Part shown: one piece after another, positions 11,501-20,789 of the stretch
Position numbering within the stretch: position 1 is the stretch's first letter
How the letters are laid out: every line of letters begins with the position of its first letter
Origin: a virus
Length of the DNA: 64,000 nt
Reading direction: 5' to 3' (one strand)
Virus record (IMG/VR): IMGVR_UViG_3300022200_000033
Location: 13,078 to 77,077 of that record
The notes under the pieces: model-generated
What the model saw: the letters and a program-made list of their open reading frames with translations, nothing else
Told to the model about the DNA's origin: nothing
The model's database searches: none
Made by a program: the position numbers and the translations under genes

Positions 11501-14500
11501 TCATGTATTCAAGAAGTTCTGCTCTTCTTTGAGCTATTACTTCAGATTGTTCTTCTCTCAACTTCTTTCTTTGTGCAACTGCCTCTTCAAGTTGTCCTTG
11601 TTTAAGAATTCTTGCTTCTGAAGCTTTTTTCCTTTTGTCTTCCGTTTTGGCATTTTTTTCTTTTTCTTTTTCTAGACGGATTTCTTCTTTAAGTTTATTT
11701 ATTTTATCTTGCTGTGCAACAATTTGATACTCAACATTGTCTGAAAGGCTTTTTGCATTAGAAACCAAAGACTGTGTATATGCCACGCTAGCCCTTACTG
11801 CTTCATCAAATTCTCCAAAAACTAATTCTGCTCCAGGAAGGTTTTCATAAAAATCATCTCCCCATTTTTTTGCACTTTCTTCGGCCTGCCTTTTTAAAGT
11901 TTTTTCATCAAGCTCAATGCTAGCAACAATATTTGCCAGTATCGTCATTGGTCTTTCTGTTATATCCTCTCCGCTGGCACTTAAAATTTGAGTAATTTGT
12001 GCTATTACCTGTGCAGACAATTCTTCTTTTCCAAGAGCTTCTGCAATTCCCGAAGCAACAGCTTTTGCTTGATCTGGTGTAATCGCACCACTCACAATTG
12101 CCATTGAAAGTTGATTAGCAAAGTTTGTTGCAAAACCAGATGCATTTGCTTTAAAGGAAAGCTTTGCCTCTTCTACCATAGTTTTTCCAAATTCTGTTTC
12201 TACAAATTTTCTTCCTTCTTCTACTACTTCTGGAGTAAGTCCAGCAATCTTATCTTCATTTCTTGATTTAGAAATATCTCTCACAGTTCCATTAAAAAAT
12301 TCACCAAGACTTTTAATTTCTGAGGATGCTAAATTCATAGAATCAGACATTTTTTTGCCAGCATCAATATTATTATCAAGACCTTTTTTCAAAGCAAATC
12401 CTGCAACAGCTACGGATGCAAGAGCTGTTCCCATAATGCCTATTGGGGTTAATAGCAACGGTAAAGCTTTAAGCAACGCTGGCATCACCATTGCAAGTCC
12501 TTGAAAAGCAAACATTGCTGGCATAATCTTTTGAGCGAATTCTCCAATAGGTCCACTTAGCATAGATGCTCCGAAAGCTAATCCGCTCATGGCTCCCATG
12601 GCTCCATTTACTTTTAGTCCCCCAGAAACCATAGTTTTTCCAAATTTTGATGCAGACCCCTTAAGTTTAGACATAGAAGATGAAACTTGTTCTGTTTCTT
12701 TAGTTAATTTTGTCTGAGATAGTATTTGATTTTGAATAGAGTTTGGTGCTATCTGAAGACCCATATTTCTTGGTGGCAGAGGAGAGGATGGCCCTCCCAG
12801 TGGATTCATGGGCCCCATCCTTCCAGCAAATCTTGCATCAAAAGGTGTTGTCATTCCTGGAGCTATCGGAGGCATATTTAGGCTTAATGCTCTGCCTTTT
12901 TCCATAGCAGCTTTTATCTTTAAGTGAGCATCTTGAAGTTCTGCAGACATACCCTGCTCTATTCCCTGCCCAATCCATCCTCCAAGCTGAAGTGACCATG
13001 GTGGTGGGGAAGCAGCATTGGCACCTTCAGTAACTGCTGGCCTTAGTTCTCTTCCTCCAGAAAGACCAAACTCCCTAAACACTCTTTGTGCTGTTGATGT
13101 GCTAAACCCAGAGTCTGTAAGCATTTTCCTGCCTAGATCTGGGTCCATTCCTTGTGCTATCGCTGATGCAAAGATTGCCTTAGATGCTACGCCTCCAGCC
13201 CTCATCTGAGTGGCAAATGTAGCCCAGTATGCTCTAGATCCCTGTATTGCTGCTTGCTCTGCTGACTGTACAGATGAACGAATTAGTTCTGGGGAAACCT
13301 GATCAGAAGAAAATAACAGAGGTGCTTTTCTATAAGTTCTTCCAGAAGAAAGACTTTCTTGTCTTGTTCTTACTGAAGCGTCTCCCAGAGGGGAGGATAT
13401 TCTAATCCTATCGTTTTCTTGATCCATAACGATATTTCTTTCTGCAAGGAGTCTTCTTTGTTCATCTGTAAGATCTGATAGCCCACCAACGCTTACTCTT
13501 AAGTTGTTGTATTCATTTGAAAGATTTTCTATTTCAGAAAGCATCTGCCTTGTTTCATCGTCAAGACTAGAAAATGCTGTTCTAAAAATTTCATCAATGT
13601 TAGAGTCGCCAACTATTGCAAAATCTTCAGCAGCAGAGACTATCGCATTGTCAAGAAGCTGTAGCTTTGGCCTTAATTCTTCAAAATCTTGTCCAGTTAC
13701 TGCTACTGTGCTTTGCCATTTTTCTACTCCTGCTCCACCAAATTCCTGCCCAAATGATCCTCCAGTTAAAGAATCTCTTCTCATTGCTTCATTGAAATTT
13801 GTTGGCATTTCAACAATAAGATTGCTTACAGCGCCAATACTAGAAATTGTTCTTCCAAGAACTCTTTCAATTTCTTGCAAAACTGTAAGATTTCTTCTTG
13901 CACCTGCGGTTAAATTTTCCATAGCAAGGGCTTCTGAAGTGCCCAAACTTACTCTTCCAGTTAAATGAGTTCTAGCAGTTGAACCAACATAATCTGAAAG
14001 CTTTGACCCATCATTCAAACCTTTGACTGTTCCACGATTCATGGCATCAAGTACGGGAGCAAATCTTCTGGTTGCTTCTTTATTCATTACAAATTCACCA
14101 GGGGTTAGTAGTGCTGGCTCAGTATCTTTATTTCCAACGCCACTGATCATTCCACCAGTAGCCATTTTTTTAACAGGACGACCTCCAAATCCCTGAGGAA
14201 GTCCTGAAGCAGCAGAACCCGCTGCAGCAACATATGTTCCATAAGCTCTTGAAAGCTGTCCTACCGCACTTCTTTGAACGTTTAATGCAGCAGTTAATCT
14301 GGTGGTCTTTCCCTCTAAGCTTGCTGCTGCTGCTGCTGCATCTAACTGTTCTCCTGCCAAATATGAAAGATCCTGACCCCCACCCCTTAATCTGTTAAAC
14401 AAATTGTTAAACATTGCAAAACCTTTTACAGCTTGACCAATAAAGTTACCAAACAAACCAATAAGCATAATTACTGTTGGAGCCACAACCCCAACTCCAG

Positions 14501-16133
14501 CAACAAGAATGGTTATAAATTGCTTGATTCCTGGACTAAGATCATTAAACTTGTCAAGAATCTTTGAAACTACCTCAAGTATTGGAGTTGCAATCTTTAG
14601 AAATATTTCTCCAATTGGTGCTATTGCAAGTTTTAATCTTTCAAGTGCCCCAGTAAATTTCATACCAATTGATTCTTCAATTGCCCCAAGTTCCTTGTCA
14701 GCAAGTCCAGCAAGATCTTCTATGCTTTCTCCAGCAAGATCTATAACCCTACTTGCCTGAGAACCTTCTGTAGAAATGTTTTCAAATAATGAACCCAATC
14801 TTGCAAATTGATACTTACCAAAAACTTTAGCAAGCGTTTGCTGCCTTCCAAATTTATCAAGTGTCATCAAGGCGCTACCAAATTCTTGAACGGTTGCTCT
14901 GATATCCCCTTTGTTAGTAGATATGATTGAGTCAATGTCTATGCCAACTTTTTGAAGCTGTTCTCTAGCACCTTTTGTTGGGTTAATCAGAGATGCAAGA
15001 CCAGATTTTAGTGCGTTTGCCCCCTCTGCTGCATTCACCCCACCTTCTCTCATGGCAGTCAGGAAGTAAGCTAGGTCTTCAACGTTTCCTCCAAGACCCA
15101 TAATTACTGGAGCAACCTTGGGAATTGCTTCAGTAACGTCACCCAGAGATAGAATTGTTTGGTTTTCTACTGCGTTCAAAAAGTTTACAGATTGTGCAAG
15201 TTCTTCGTTGCTTAGCTTAAATGCAGTCTGCAAGGATATGGTGGCAGTCATAGCCTGATCCATCTCTATCATACCTAGAGTTGCCAACCTTGTTGACTGT
15301 GCCGTTGCTGCAATGAGATCTGCTCCCTGTGCGCCAGTCGCAGCAATGTCTCCTGCAAGGCCAACAGTGTCTTTCACTGTAATTCCATACTTAGTAAACT
15401 CTTTACCAAGATCTTGAATTTCTTTGACCATTTGGTCTGTCTCGCCTGCTGGAGTCATTGCATCACCATAGACACGACGGAAGTTTACAACCTGCCTTTC
15501 AAGATCCATGAAGATTTTTCCAGCCATGCCACCAAAAATTGTAAGGGGTACGGTAAATCCAACCATTAGCTGGCGACCAGCCCATTGAGTGTTCTTACCA
15601 AAATTAATTAATGATGTAGACCCATCATTTAAAAGTTTGCTAAATAACTGCTGTCTTTGTGCTGCTATTGCTGTATCTGCATTAAACAGTGCAAGAGGTC
15701 TTACAGCCATTGCCCGTGTTACGCCATTTTGTGCAGCACCTAAGGCAATATACTGGGTTTGAAGTCTTTTTACTCTCTCTGTTGCAAGAGCAGTCATCTG
15801 AGTATGTTCTTTAGCAAAAACCTTTCCGAAGTTTTTACTAGATGCCACACCGTATCTAAAGTATTCCCCAAGACCAAGCTTGTTTTTATCAATTGCATTG
15901 CCAAGTCTAGATACACTTGATTCAACATTTACAATTGATGTAGAGAACGCTTTAGTAGCTCCAATTTGAGCAGTAAGTCCTGCTAGTGCCGACTTTTGCG
16001 CTGCTGTTGCCTGAGCATTGCTAGCAATAATGCTTTTATTAAAGGAAGATATTTGATTTTGAAGGGTACGCAAAGAAGCAAGAGCTTGACTTGAATCAAT
16101 CCCTATATTTATATTAGCATTTACTTCTGACAC
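8544..16133 (-). CDS. Tape measure protein
   Basis: 2529 aa, Ala/Gly-rich helical, TP901-like core, hydrophobic segments, 'LTPGEFV' motifs, downstream of the tail chaperones. Confidence 0.95.
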   Translation of the reverse strand: MSEVNANINIGIDSSQALASLRTLQNQISSFNKSIIASNAQATAAQKSALAGLTAQIGATKAFSTSIVNVESSVSRLGNAIDKNKLGLGEYFRYGVASSKNFGKVFAKEHTQMTALATERVKRLQTQYIALGAAQNGVTRAMAVRPLALFNADTAIAAQRQQLFSKLLNDGSTSLINFGKNTQWAGRQLMVGFTVPLTIFGGMAGKIFMDLERQVVNFRRVYGDAMTPAGETDQMVKEIQDLGKEFTKYGITVKDTVGLAGDIAATGAQGADLIAATAQSTRLATLGMIEMDQAMTATISLQTAFKLSNEELAQSVNFLNAVENQTILSLGDVTEAIPKVAPVIMGLGGNVEDLAYFLTAMREGGVNAAEGANALKSGLASLINPTKGAREQLQKVGIDIDSIISTNKGDIRATVQEFGSALMTLDKFGRQQTLAKVFGKYQFARLGSLFENISTEGSQASRVIDLAGESIEDLAGLADKELGAIEESIGMKFTGALERLKLAIAPIGEIFLKIATPILEVVSKILDKFNDLSPGIKQFITILVAGVGVVAPTVIMLIGLFGNFIGQAVKGFAMFNNLFNRLRGGGQDLSYLAGEQLDAAAAAASLEGKTTRLTAALNVQRSAVGQLSRAYGTYVAAAGSAASGLPQGFGGRPVKKMATGGMISGVGNKDTEPALLTPGEFVMNKEATRRFAPVLDAMNRGTVKGLNDGSKLSDYVGSTARTHLTGRVSLGTSEALAMENLTAGARRNLTVLQEIERVLGRTISSIGAVSNLIVEMPTNFNEAMRRDSLTGGSFGQEFGGAGVEKWQSTVAVTGQDFEELRPKLQLLDNAIVSAAEDFAIVGDSNIDEIFRTAFSSLDDETRQMLSEIENLSNEYNNLRVSVGGLSDLTDEQRRLLAERNIVMDQENDRIRISSPLGDASVRTRQESLSSGRTYRKAPLLFSSDQVSPELIRSSVQSAEQAAIQGSRAYWATFATQMRAGGVASKAIFASAIAQGMDPDLGRKMLTDSGFSTSTAQRVFREFGLSGGRELRPAVTEGANAASPPPWSLQLGGWIGQGIEQGMSAELQDAHLKIKAAMEKGRALSLNMPPIAPGMTTPFDARFAGRMGPMNPLGGPSSPLPPRNMGLQIAPNSIQNQILSQTKLTKETEQVSSSMSKLKGSASKFGKTMVSGGLKVNGAMGAMSGLAFGASMLSGPIGEFAQKIMPAMFAFQGLAMVMPALLKALPLLLTPIGIMGTALASVAVAGFALKKGLDNNIDAGKKMSDSMNLASSEIKSLGEFFNGTVRDISKSRNEDKIAGLTPEVVEEGRKFVETEFGKTMVEEAKLSFKANASGFATNFANQLSMAIVSGAITPDQAKAVASGIAEALGKEELSAQVIAQITQILSASGEDITERPMTILANIVASIELDEKTLKRQAEESAKKWGDDFYENLPGAELVFGEFDEAVRASVAYTQSLVSNAKSLSDNVEYQIVAQQDKINKLKEEIRLEKEKEKNAKTEDKRKKASEARILKQGQLEEAVAQRKKLREEQSEVIAQRRAELLEYMNSLTEEDGKLSDIGRETLTGMQRSVEASTEGLDTDKMLASARIAMEIQRRQAGLPALDEQKQREIRYQMIFDLSIGESDPEASKILDDLYREQGGRGEASKVLGVTMGLRVEGDFDQANEVERIYASLGETARSEFLISLETEGKSPEEILAFGNFLLKLPEDLPEKVRATLVLAAEGMSVEELENMTSVLKDLETLPPSVRKNLTVEAIGATALQKISKNYELFQSKKNAKKQAEVVFGEAPGNVAAGLKAMSMGLEDFAKAPSSVKIAVAALMSLELDVPKGMSPDAAERWIKAERLRLLSAAMGALAPGTDSVTTETEGDTTDDTEDTGGGSETRSWLEDLIAETEANLQMFPRMLDKIKKKFPAIPQQIIEAIGGGEEGIKRAQELLNANKKKVKELLAKYRKATIAETLRGMQDEIKTKKRSGRAESMLIDQGFSEEDAKSLASNTDYVFTLLEAKAGRGGKSVKEVVAAFEEFIAVTKEAKDPVDELNKAWSEYSNTVGMAFDVEKTRVENEFAEKRYGAEQKTTKEIQKQIDANEELIQIQQDLIDGKQEEIDDYERINDLTSQNIDDLQRQDELRNRVSDALSHELDLMGQQETKISEAYDKRISALNKVQELNNRILQQQKDQLGISQALSEGDIYAATAAAQAMRQNQAKDAQDQARAGLEQGKQNAIDSLRTSEGLTREEAERQIADIKEQSYQASLMIRMEEDKIYANSLEVRRLTNEIYNINEDMIEPLTNQNNQHSRILENHQKALDIALSNLTAAGLTADEFQRQKDENAALVASIAGNVTKVNEYRDAWIAAGNAAREALAKASVGPTDAGGNPALGNIRYGTGQVHYAGGMIKGYAAGGLLKYTSNEPPPGMMAGGVAGNGSRDSVSARLTPGEFVIRKSMVDKYGMPMLSSINQGSFSMPKYSMPKSEGMTKMESNNSTNISAPMYNSYSVGVNVSNAGASADEIANITIAKIKQMQGTQIRSGRGY

Positions 16134-16162
16134 AGATTAGCACCTCTTGTAAATTATACCAT

Positions 16163-16558
16163 CTACCCCATTGGGTTTTTAGCATTTTTCCCAGAGTATT
16201 CAAGACCATTTCCTATTCCAAAACCTGCGCTCCTTGCAGTTGCTCCCTGCAAAGAAACTATGTCGCTTGAATCTTTTACTGATCCTCCAGAAAACACTCT
16301 GGCTTTCATGTCTTCCCATTCTTTTTGACCACGACCTGAAGACTTTCCTTCTAGGTCTATGCCTTGAATAGAAGCAAGAAACTTTTTATCTTCATAGTCT
16401 TTATCTCTTTTAGCGATGAGAATTGATGTTAGCTCTGGCATAGACAGGCTATCTTCTAGATCTTCATAATCTTTCCAAATTCCAAGAATGAATATTTCTG
16501 ATTCTATTTTTACAAGGTCTAGGTCAGACCAGGAATCCCCATCGCTGGTGCGTTTCCC
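16163..16558 (-). CDS. Tail assembly chaperone, frameshifted C-terminal extension (GT form)
   Basis: The -1 frame from GGGAAAC reads RTSDGDSWSDLDLVKIESEIFILGIWKDYEDLEDSLSMPEL... continuously into the 92-aa ORF. Confidence 0.85.
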   Translation of the reverse strand, partial: GKRTSDGDSWSDLDLVKIESEIFILGIWKDYEDLEDSLSMPELTSILIAKRDKDYEDKKFLASIQGIDLEGKSSGRGQKEWEDMKARVFSGGSVKDSSDIVSLQGATARSAGFGIGNGLEYSGKNAKNPMG

Positions 16559-16854
16559 TCATCGTCAAACTTAATACCTGAGGCAGCCTCAATAACTTTA
16601 TATACGCTAGGAAGATCAATTGTGTCCTCTAGCTTCTCTCTGTCTGTTGAGAGTTCTGGAGAGTATTGTTGCATAGCAATTTGAACACAATCCATCAGGA
16701 TGTCCATGGACTTATCATTGCTATCTGCTACCTTTGCAATGCCCTCAAACTTTTTCATAAACTGCCTAAGTAGAGAAATCTTCAATGGACGCATTGTAAT
16801 CTTTGTTCCATCAAGTAGTTCTATTTCAGTTTTTTCATAAACGCTAGTTGCCAT
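16519..16854 (-). CDS. Tail assembly chaperone (G form)
   Basis: Between tail tube and tape measure; likely start ATG 16854 (MATSVYEK) after a GAAAGGA RBS. Confidence 0.85.
   Translation of the reverse strand: MATSVYEKTEIELLDGTKITMRPLKISLLRQFMKKFEGIAKVADSNDKSMDILMDCVQIAMQQYSPELSTDREKLEDTIDLPSVYKVIEAASGIKFDDEGNAPAMGIPGLT
16552..16558 (-). other. Programmed -1 ribosomal frameshift slippery site G GGA AAC
   Basis: X XXY YYZ heptamer in frame near the end of the chaperone gene; open -1 frame downstream. Confidence 0.85.
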
Positions 16855-16898
16855 TATAGTCCTTTCGTTAACTATTATCTGCACAAATTATAGCATGA

Positions 16899-16930
16899 CA
16901 AAGACCCCCGCGCAATGCGCTAGGGGCCTC
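16899..16930 (-). terminator. Intrinsic terminator after the major tail gene
   Basis: GAGGCCCCTAGCGC-ATT-GCGCGGGGGTCTTT hairpin followed by Us on the minus strand. Confidence 0.65.
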
Positions 16931-16958
16931 TGACTATTAAATTGTGTTTTGTTTTTTA

Positions 16959-17639
16959 TCAGCTTGTGCTGTTAACTGTTCGGTCAACAATCTTTCCATA
17001 TGAACCATTGTTTGCAGGAAGCAAACGGAATGAAACTTCGAACATTGAAGCCTCATCACGCTTTGCTGATACTGTAACGTTATCAATTGAAAGCGCACGG
17101 TAAGCAACATAGATACGTTCAATGTACTGTGTTGGATCGCATTCACCTGTACCTGGACCAACTGCAACCAGACCTCGTTCTACTGGACATTCGCCAATAG
17201 CGCCTGAAGTAAGATCAAGTGTTGAAGCTGTTGAAACTGTACCAGCATCCATTGGATTGTCTAGTGTTGTGCTTGCACTGTAGGCTGTTGTTGGTGCTGC
17301 AATTGCAACAAGAAGGTTTTCAAGTGTAGCTTCAGCAAATGCTGTTGCTAGATTAACCTGCATTCCTTGCTTGTAGAGCTTTGCAACGTCAAGAAGCTGA
17401 TCTACCTGTACCTCACCAAAATCTGGCTGAAACTGTAGTTCAAGACCGTTAGTTGTGTAACCAATGTTACGAACTAGGGCTTGACCTTCTGTTGAATCAG
17501 TAAGTGTTTCGATGTATTGAGTATCCTCAACAAAGTCTGGGAAGACTACTGTCTCTGGATTAAAATCTGCTCCTGTTGAAACGAACATAGCGGCTGCACC
17601 AACAATGATGTTTTTTGAATCTCCGCGTGTATATGCCAT
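16959..17639 (-). CDS. Major tail (tube) protein
   Basis: 'NIIVGAA...IGYTTNGLELQFQPDFGEVQVDQ...EATLENL' tail-tube motifs; highly biased codons; GAGGTG RBS. Confidence 0.9.
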   Translation of the reverse strand: MAYTRGDSKNIIVGAAAMFVSTGADFNPETVVFPDFVEDTQYIETLTDSTEGQALVRNIGYTTNGLELQFQPDFGEVQVDQLLDVAKLYKQGMQVNLATAFAEATLENLLVAIAAPTTAYSASTTLDNPMDAGTVSTASTLDLTSGAIGECPVERGLVAVGPGTGECDPTQYIERIYVAYRALSIDNVTVSAKRDEASMFEVSFRLLPANNGSYGKIVDRTVNSTS

Positions 17640-17715
17640 ATTTTTTCACCTCTTTTTCCATAGTATTTTTTTGTTCCTATGGGGGCGTTTCCTCAATACC
17701 TATTATACCGTGTTT

Positions 17716-18249
17716 TTATAGGTAATCTTCAAGCGAAGTTGTGTAATGATACTCCATATCAATAATAAATTCTGAAATATAGTATGGCCTTATGCTGAAG
17801 TCTCTTCTATTTTCTCCCTCTGTTGCTAAAGACGTTGAGGTTTGATACACCCTGAGTTTGTGAAAGAATATAGGATAAACATCATTTCCACCATTATTTC
17901 TAATCCATTTATTTATATCTTTTGCAGCATCGTCTGATCTATCAAGAATAATTTGTATTGCTGATCCCCAGACTAGAGTGTCTCTTTCTTTAGCCTTTAG
18001 GTTATACCTGATCTCCTCGCACTTTATTGGATAAAATGGATCTTTCATTTTTGTAAACATTCTGTCATAAATAATATAAGTCTTGTTGTCCCAAGTCTTT
18101 TTTCCAGAGGCACTATCGCTTAATGGGAAAATTGGGACTGTCTGACCATAGTTCTTTGATTGGGATAAAGATGGTTCAATTGCTTTCATTGTGTCCCAGA
18201 AGTACTTGTTTACTGCAATAGGGGCTACCCCTAACATGTCTAAGCTCAT
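17716..18249 (-). CDS. Tail terminator/completion protein
   Basis: Synteny, directly upstream of the tail tube. Confidence 0.55.
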   Translation of the reverse strand: MSLDMLGVAPIAVNKYFWDTMKAIEPSLSQSKNYGQTVPIFPLSDSASGKKTWDNKTYIIYDRMFTKMKDPFYPIKCEEIRYNLKAKERDTLVWGSAIQIILDRSDDAAKDINKWIRNNGGNDVYPIFFHKLRVYQTSTSLATEGENRRDFSIRPYYISEFIIDMEYHYTTSLEDYL

Positions 18250-18920
18250 ACTAATCTATCCCCAGACATTGAAAAGTATTTTCTTCCTGCTATAACTCCT
18301 ATAGACTTTCCAGCTTTAGTTCCTTGTGAATATAGTGCAGAGAACTCTTTTGGATTTTTTAGCTTTGTTATTAGTGGCCTAAGTATTGATTGAACAAGGT
18401 ATGAGTCAAAAAATTCTTCAATTACATTGCCAAAACTTCCAGCAACTTGGTCCCCTCCTGGATGAGCTATATAGACTGAGTTAGCTGTAAACACAGTTTC
18501 ACCATCATCTTCAAAAGCAAGAACAGAAGAATTTTTAGGTGTAACTGTTACAGATATTCCATTTTCCATAATATTTGCTTTATCTACAAATACTTGACCA
18601 GATTCAGATGCAGGCTTCTTTGATGATAAAAACTTTCCGTTAAATGTAATAGAGTATTTTGTTGCGTCAACATTGATAGTAAATAGTCTTGATCCTTTAT
18701 TCCCTACTTCATTCCATTCATATATGTGATGAAGCATTGATGGATTCATCCTTGCTTTTGAATCAATGTATCCACCTAGAGCCTCTGCTGTATATCCCCC
18801 CAGAACTTTATTAAATTCTGTTCTGTTTAAATCTATACCTTGTAAGAATCCATTAGAGTAGGAAACTGTATTTTTTAAAATCTTTGACAATTCATCATTT
18901 TTGATCTTTGTTGTAATCAC
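18246..18920 (-). CDS. Neck/tail completion protein (HK97 gp10-like position)
   Basis: Synteny in the neck module. Confidence 0.5.
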   Translation of the reverse strand: MITTKIKNDELSKILKNTVSYSNGFLQGIDLNRTEFNKVLGGYTAEALGGYIDSKARMNPSMLHHIYEWNEVGNKGSRLFTINVDATKYSITFNGKFLSSKKPASESGQVFVDKANIMENGISVTVTPKNSSVLAFEDDGETVFTANSVYIAHPGGDQVAGSFGNVIEEFFDSYLVQSILRPLITKLKNPKEFSALYSQGTKAGKSIGVIAGRKYFSMSGDRLV

Positions 18921-18921
18921 G

Positions 18922-19350
18922 TTAAATCTCCTGCCTATCAGATCTATTAAATAGTATCTTGTAGTATTCTATTTCGTTCCAAGGATTGACATATGGCTCT
19001 ACCGCCGTAACTTCGTATACTGTTGGCTCTCCATCGCTTTCAACATAAAAGATAGTTTTATTATTTACATCCTGGATATTTGTAATAAGTATGCTTGTTA
19101 TTGGGTAATAAATTCCTTCTAAAGATACTCTGGGATCTTTTATAGTTCTTCCAATTAGTTTATTTTCGTACTCAAAAAACATATTATTCTTCAAGCTATC
19201 TTTTTCTACTGCACCCAGATTTTCAGCGTAACCCAATAGTGTCTGATCAAGTCTCCAAGTTTTGTTCTCCATTCCAAAGTCATCTTGACTTTCTGTAGAA
19301 TAGTAAATGTCTAGATTCATTGAAAACAGCATACTTGGACCACAGATCAA
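18922..19350 (-). CDS. Head closure (stopper) protein
   Basis: Synteny; 'DIYYSTESQDDFG' beta-barrel-like N-terminus. Confidence 0.55.
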   Translation of the reverse strand: MICGPSMLFSMNLDIYYSTESQDDFGMENKTWRLDQTLLGYAENLGAVEKDSLKNNMFFEYENKLIGRTIKDPRVSLEGIYYPITSILITNIQDVNNKTIFYVESDGEPTVYEVTAVEPYVNPWNEIEYYKILFNRSDRQEI

Positions 19351-20304
19351 TTAAATCACTCCAAGTCTATATATTGGTGTTATATATCTTTCTAATATCC
19401 TGTCTACCGTTAGGTTCCCTGAACCCCTTAAAGATATATCAGAGTACTTTACTCTAAACTGATCTGTTTGATATTCTGTAATATATTTATCTATATAGGA
19501 AAGCCTTCCACACTTAATATCATCAATCAGTAATGTTGTTGCATCTTTTATGTCTTGAGGAACAACAGGCCATCCCCATTCCCCAGAAACAATGTAGTCC
19601 CATCCCTTTGGGAAAAGTGGGGCTCCATTAATTTCTGTTAAAGATAAAACTTGGTCATAATTATCTCCATAAAGCATGAATGAGTCGGATGCCCCTACTG
19701 GAAGTCTTACCACCTTTGACTGTGCTCTATTGTATTCTCCAATTACTTGTATTGTCATTGCGGTATTGTCTGGTGTGGTTACATATACATATTGACCATC
19801 AAGTGGCTTTATACGATCATAAACCTTTACGTTATTTTCATAGACAGCGTTTATCTTGTTAGCCCTTTTTCTTAAAGGTAGCACATCTGCTCCAAGACCA
19901 GACGCCTCTTCTGATTTTGACTCGTAATAAAAGCCTCCAACAATCGTATCAATTATGTGACGAGCAGTTCTTTCTAGTAATGCATACTCTTCAAAATCAC
20001 AATCGTCATCGGAGAGGGTTCTTGGATCTACATATGGTCTGTAAATATATAGGTTGTCTATTACAACTGTCTCATCTGCAATTGAGTCAACTATTGTATA
20101 AATATACAGAGAATAAGTTCCATCATATTTTTCAAAATAGTTTGGGATTGTGTAATTAATTGCGCCAGAGGGTGATGATGTAACTTTTTCAGAAACTATA
20201 AGCTCTGTATGATCGTTATATATCTCAAGAATATATTCTGTATCTGCTGTAAGACCAGTATAAGATGCAGTTAGCGGAAATGGGGTTTGACGCAATATGT
20301 CCAT
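19351..20304 (-). CDS. Head-to-tail adaptor
   Basis: 'WGWPVVPQDIKDAT...GNLTVDRILERY' adaptor motifs; synteny. Confidence 0.75.
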   Translation of the reverse strand: MDILRQTPFPLTASYTGLTADTEYILEIYNDHTELIVSEKVTSSPSGAINYTIPNYFEKYDGTYSLYIYTIVDSIADETVVIDNLYIYRPYVDPRTLSDDDCDFEEYALLERTARHIIDTIVGGFYYESKSEEASGLGADVLPLRKRANKINAVYENNVKVYDRIKPLDGQYVYVTTPDNTAMTIQVIGEYNRAQSKVVRLPVGASDSFMLYGDNYDQVLSLTEINGAPLFPKGWDYIVSGEWGWPVVPQDIKDATTLLIDDIKCGRLSYIDKYITEYQTDQFRVKYSDISLRGSGNLTVDRILERYITPIYRLGVI

Positions 20305-20305
20305 G

Positions 20306-20710
20306 CTATAAGCCGTAGTGGTCTGCTACTTCTTCTGGAGTTGCTTCACGAACAGAAGATAGTGTTAACCACTTTTCAGCCGCCTCCTTGGTAACAATAT
20401 TATATCCTGGAACCAATGACCCAACCAGATTCCATCTTAAATTCTTTTGTGAATAAACAGCAACCTTTGATGGTGATGGTTTTTCTGGTGTTCCCTTGGT
20501 AGCATTTTTATTTGACATGACTGGTGACACAATCACATTCTCTGGCTTGTCTAGGTTAGTATCTTCACCGATATTTGATTCAATATTTAAAATTTTTGAA
20601 AGAATTTTTGTCTTTGTTTTAGCATCGCCCAAGCTAATATTGTTTTCTTCTGCATAGTCTCTGAGTTCTTTTGCAGTCTTTAAAGATAGATCTTCCATTA
20701 TTTCTCCCAT
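20306..20710 (-). CDS. Small protein with N-terminal HeH/Rho-N-like domain
   Basis: 'LSLKTAKELRDYAEENNISL...KTKILSKI'; ATG lies 6 nt after TGTTATAAT (leaderless). Confidence 0.6.
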   Translation of the reverse strand: MGEIMEDLSLKTAKELRDYAEENNISLGDAKTKTKILSKILNIESNIGEDTNLDKPENVIVSPVMSNKNATKGTPEKPSPSKVAVYSQKNLRWNLVGSLVPGYNIVTKEAAEKWLTLSSVREATPEEVADHYGL

Positions 20711-20736
20711 TCTCTAATTATAACAGAATATAGCTG

Positions 20737-20770
20737 AGGGGGCAGAGAGTATTTTCCCTGCCCCCACAAG
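20737..20770. terminator. GC-rich hairpin after the capsid gene
   Basis: GGGGGCAG...CTGCCCCC inverted repeat just past the MCP stop. Confidence 0.6.
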
Positions 20771-20789
20771 CATTTTTTTTATTTAGTTA

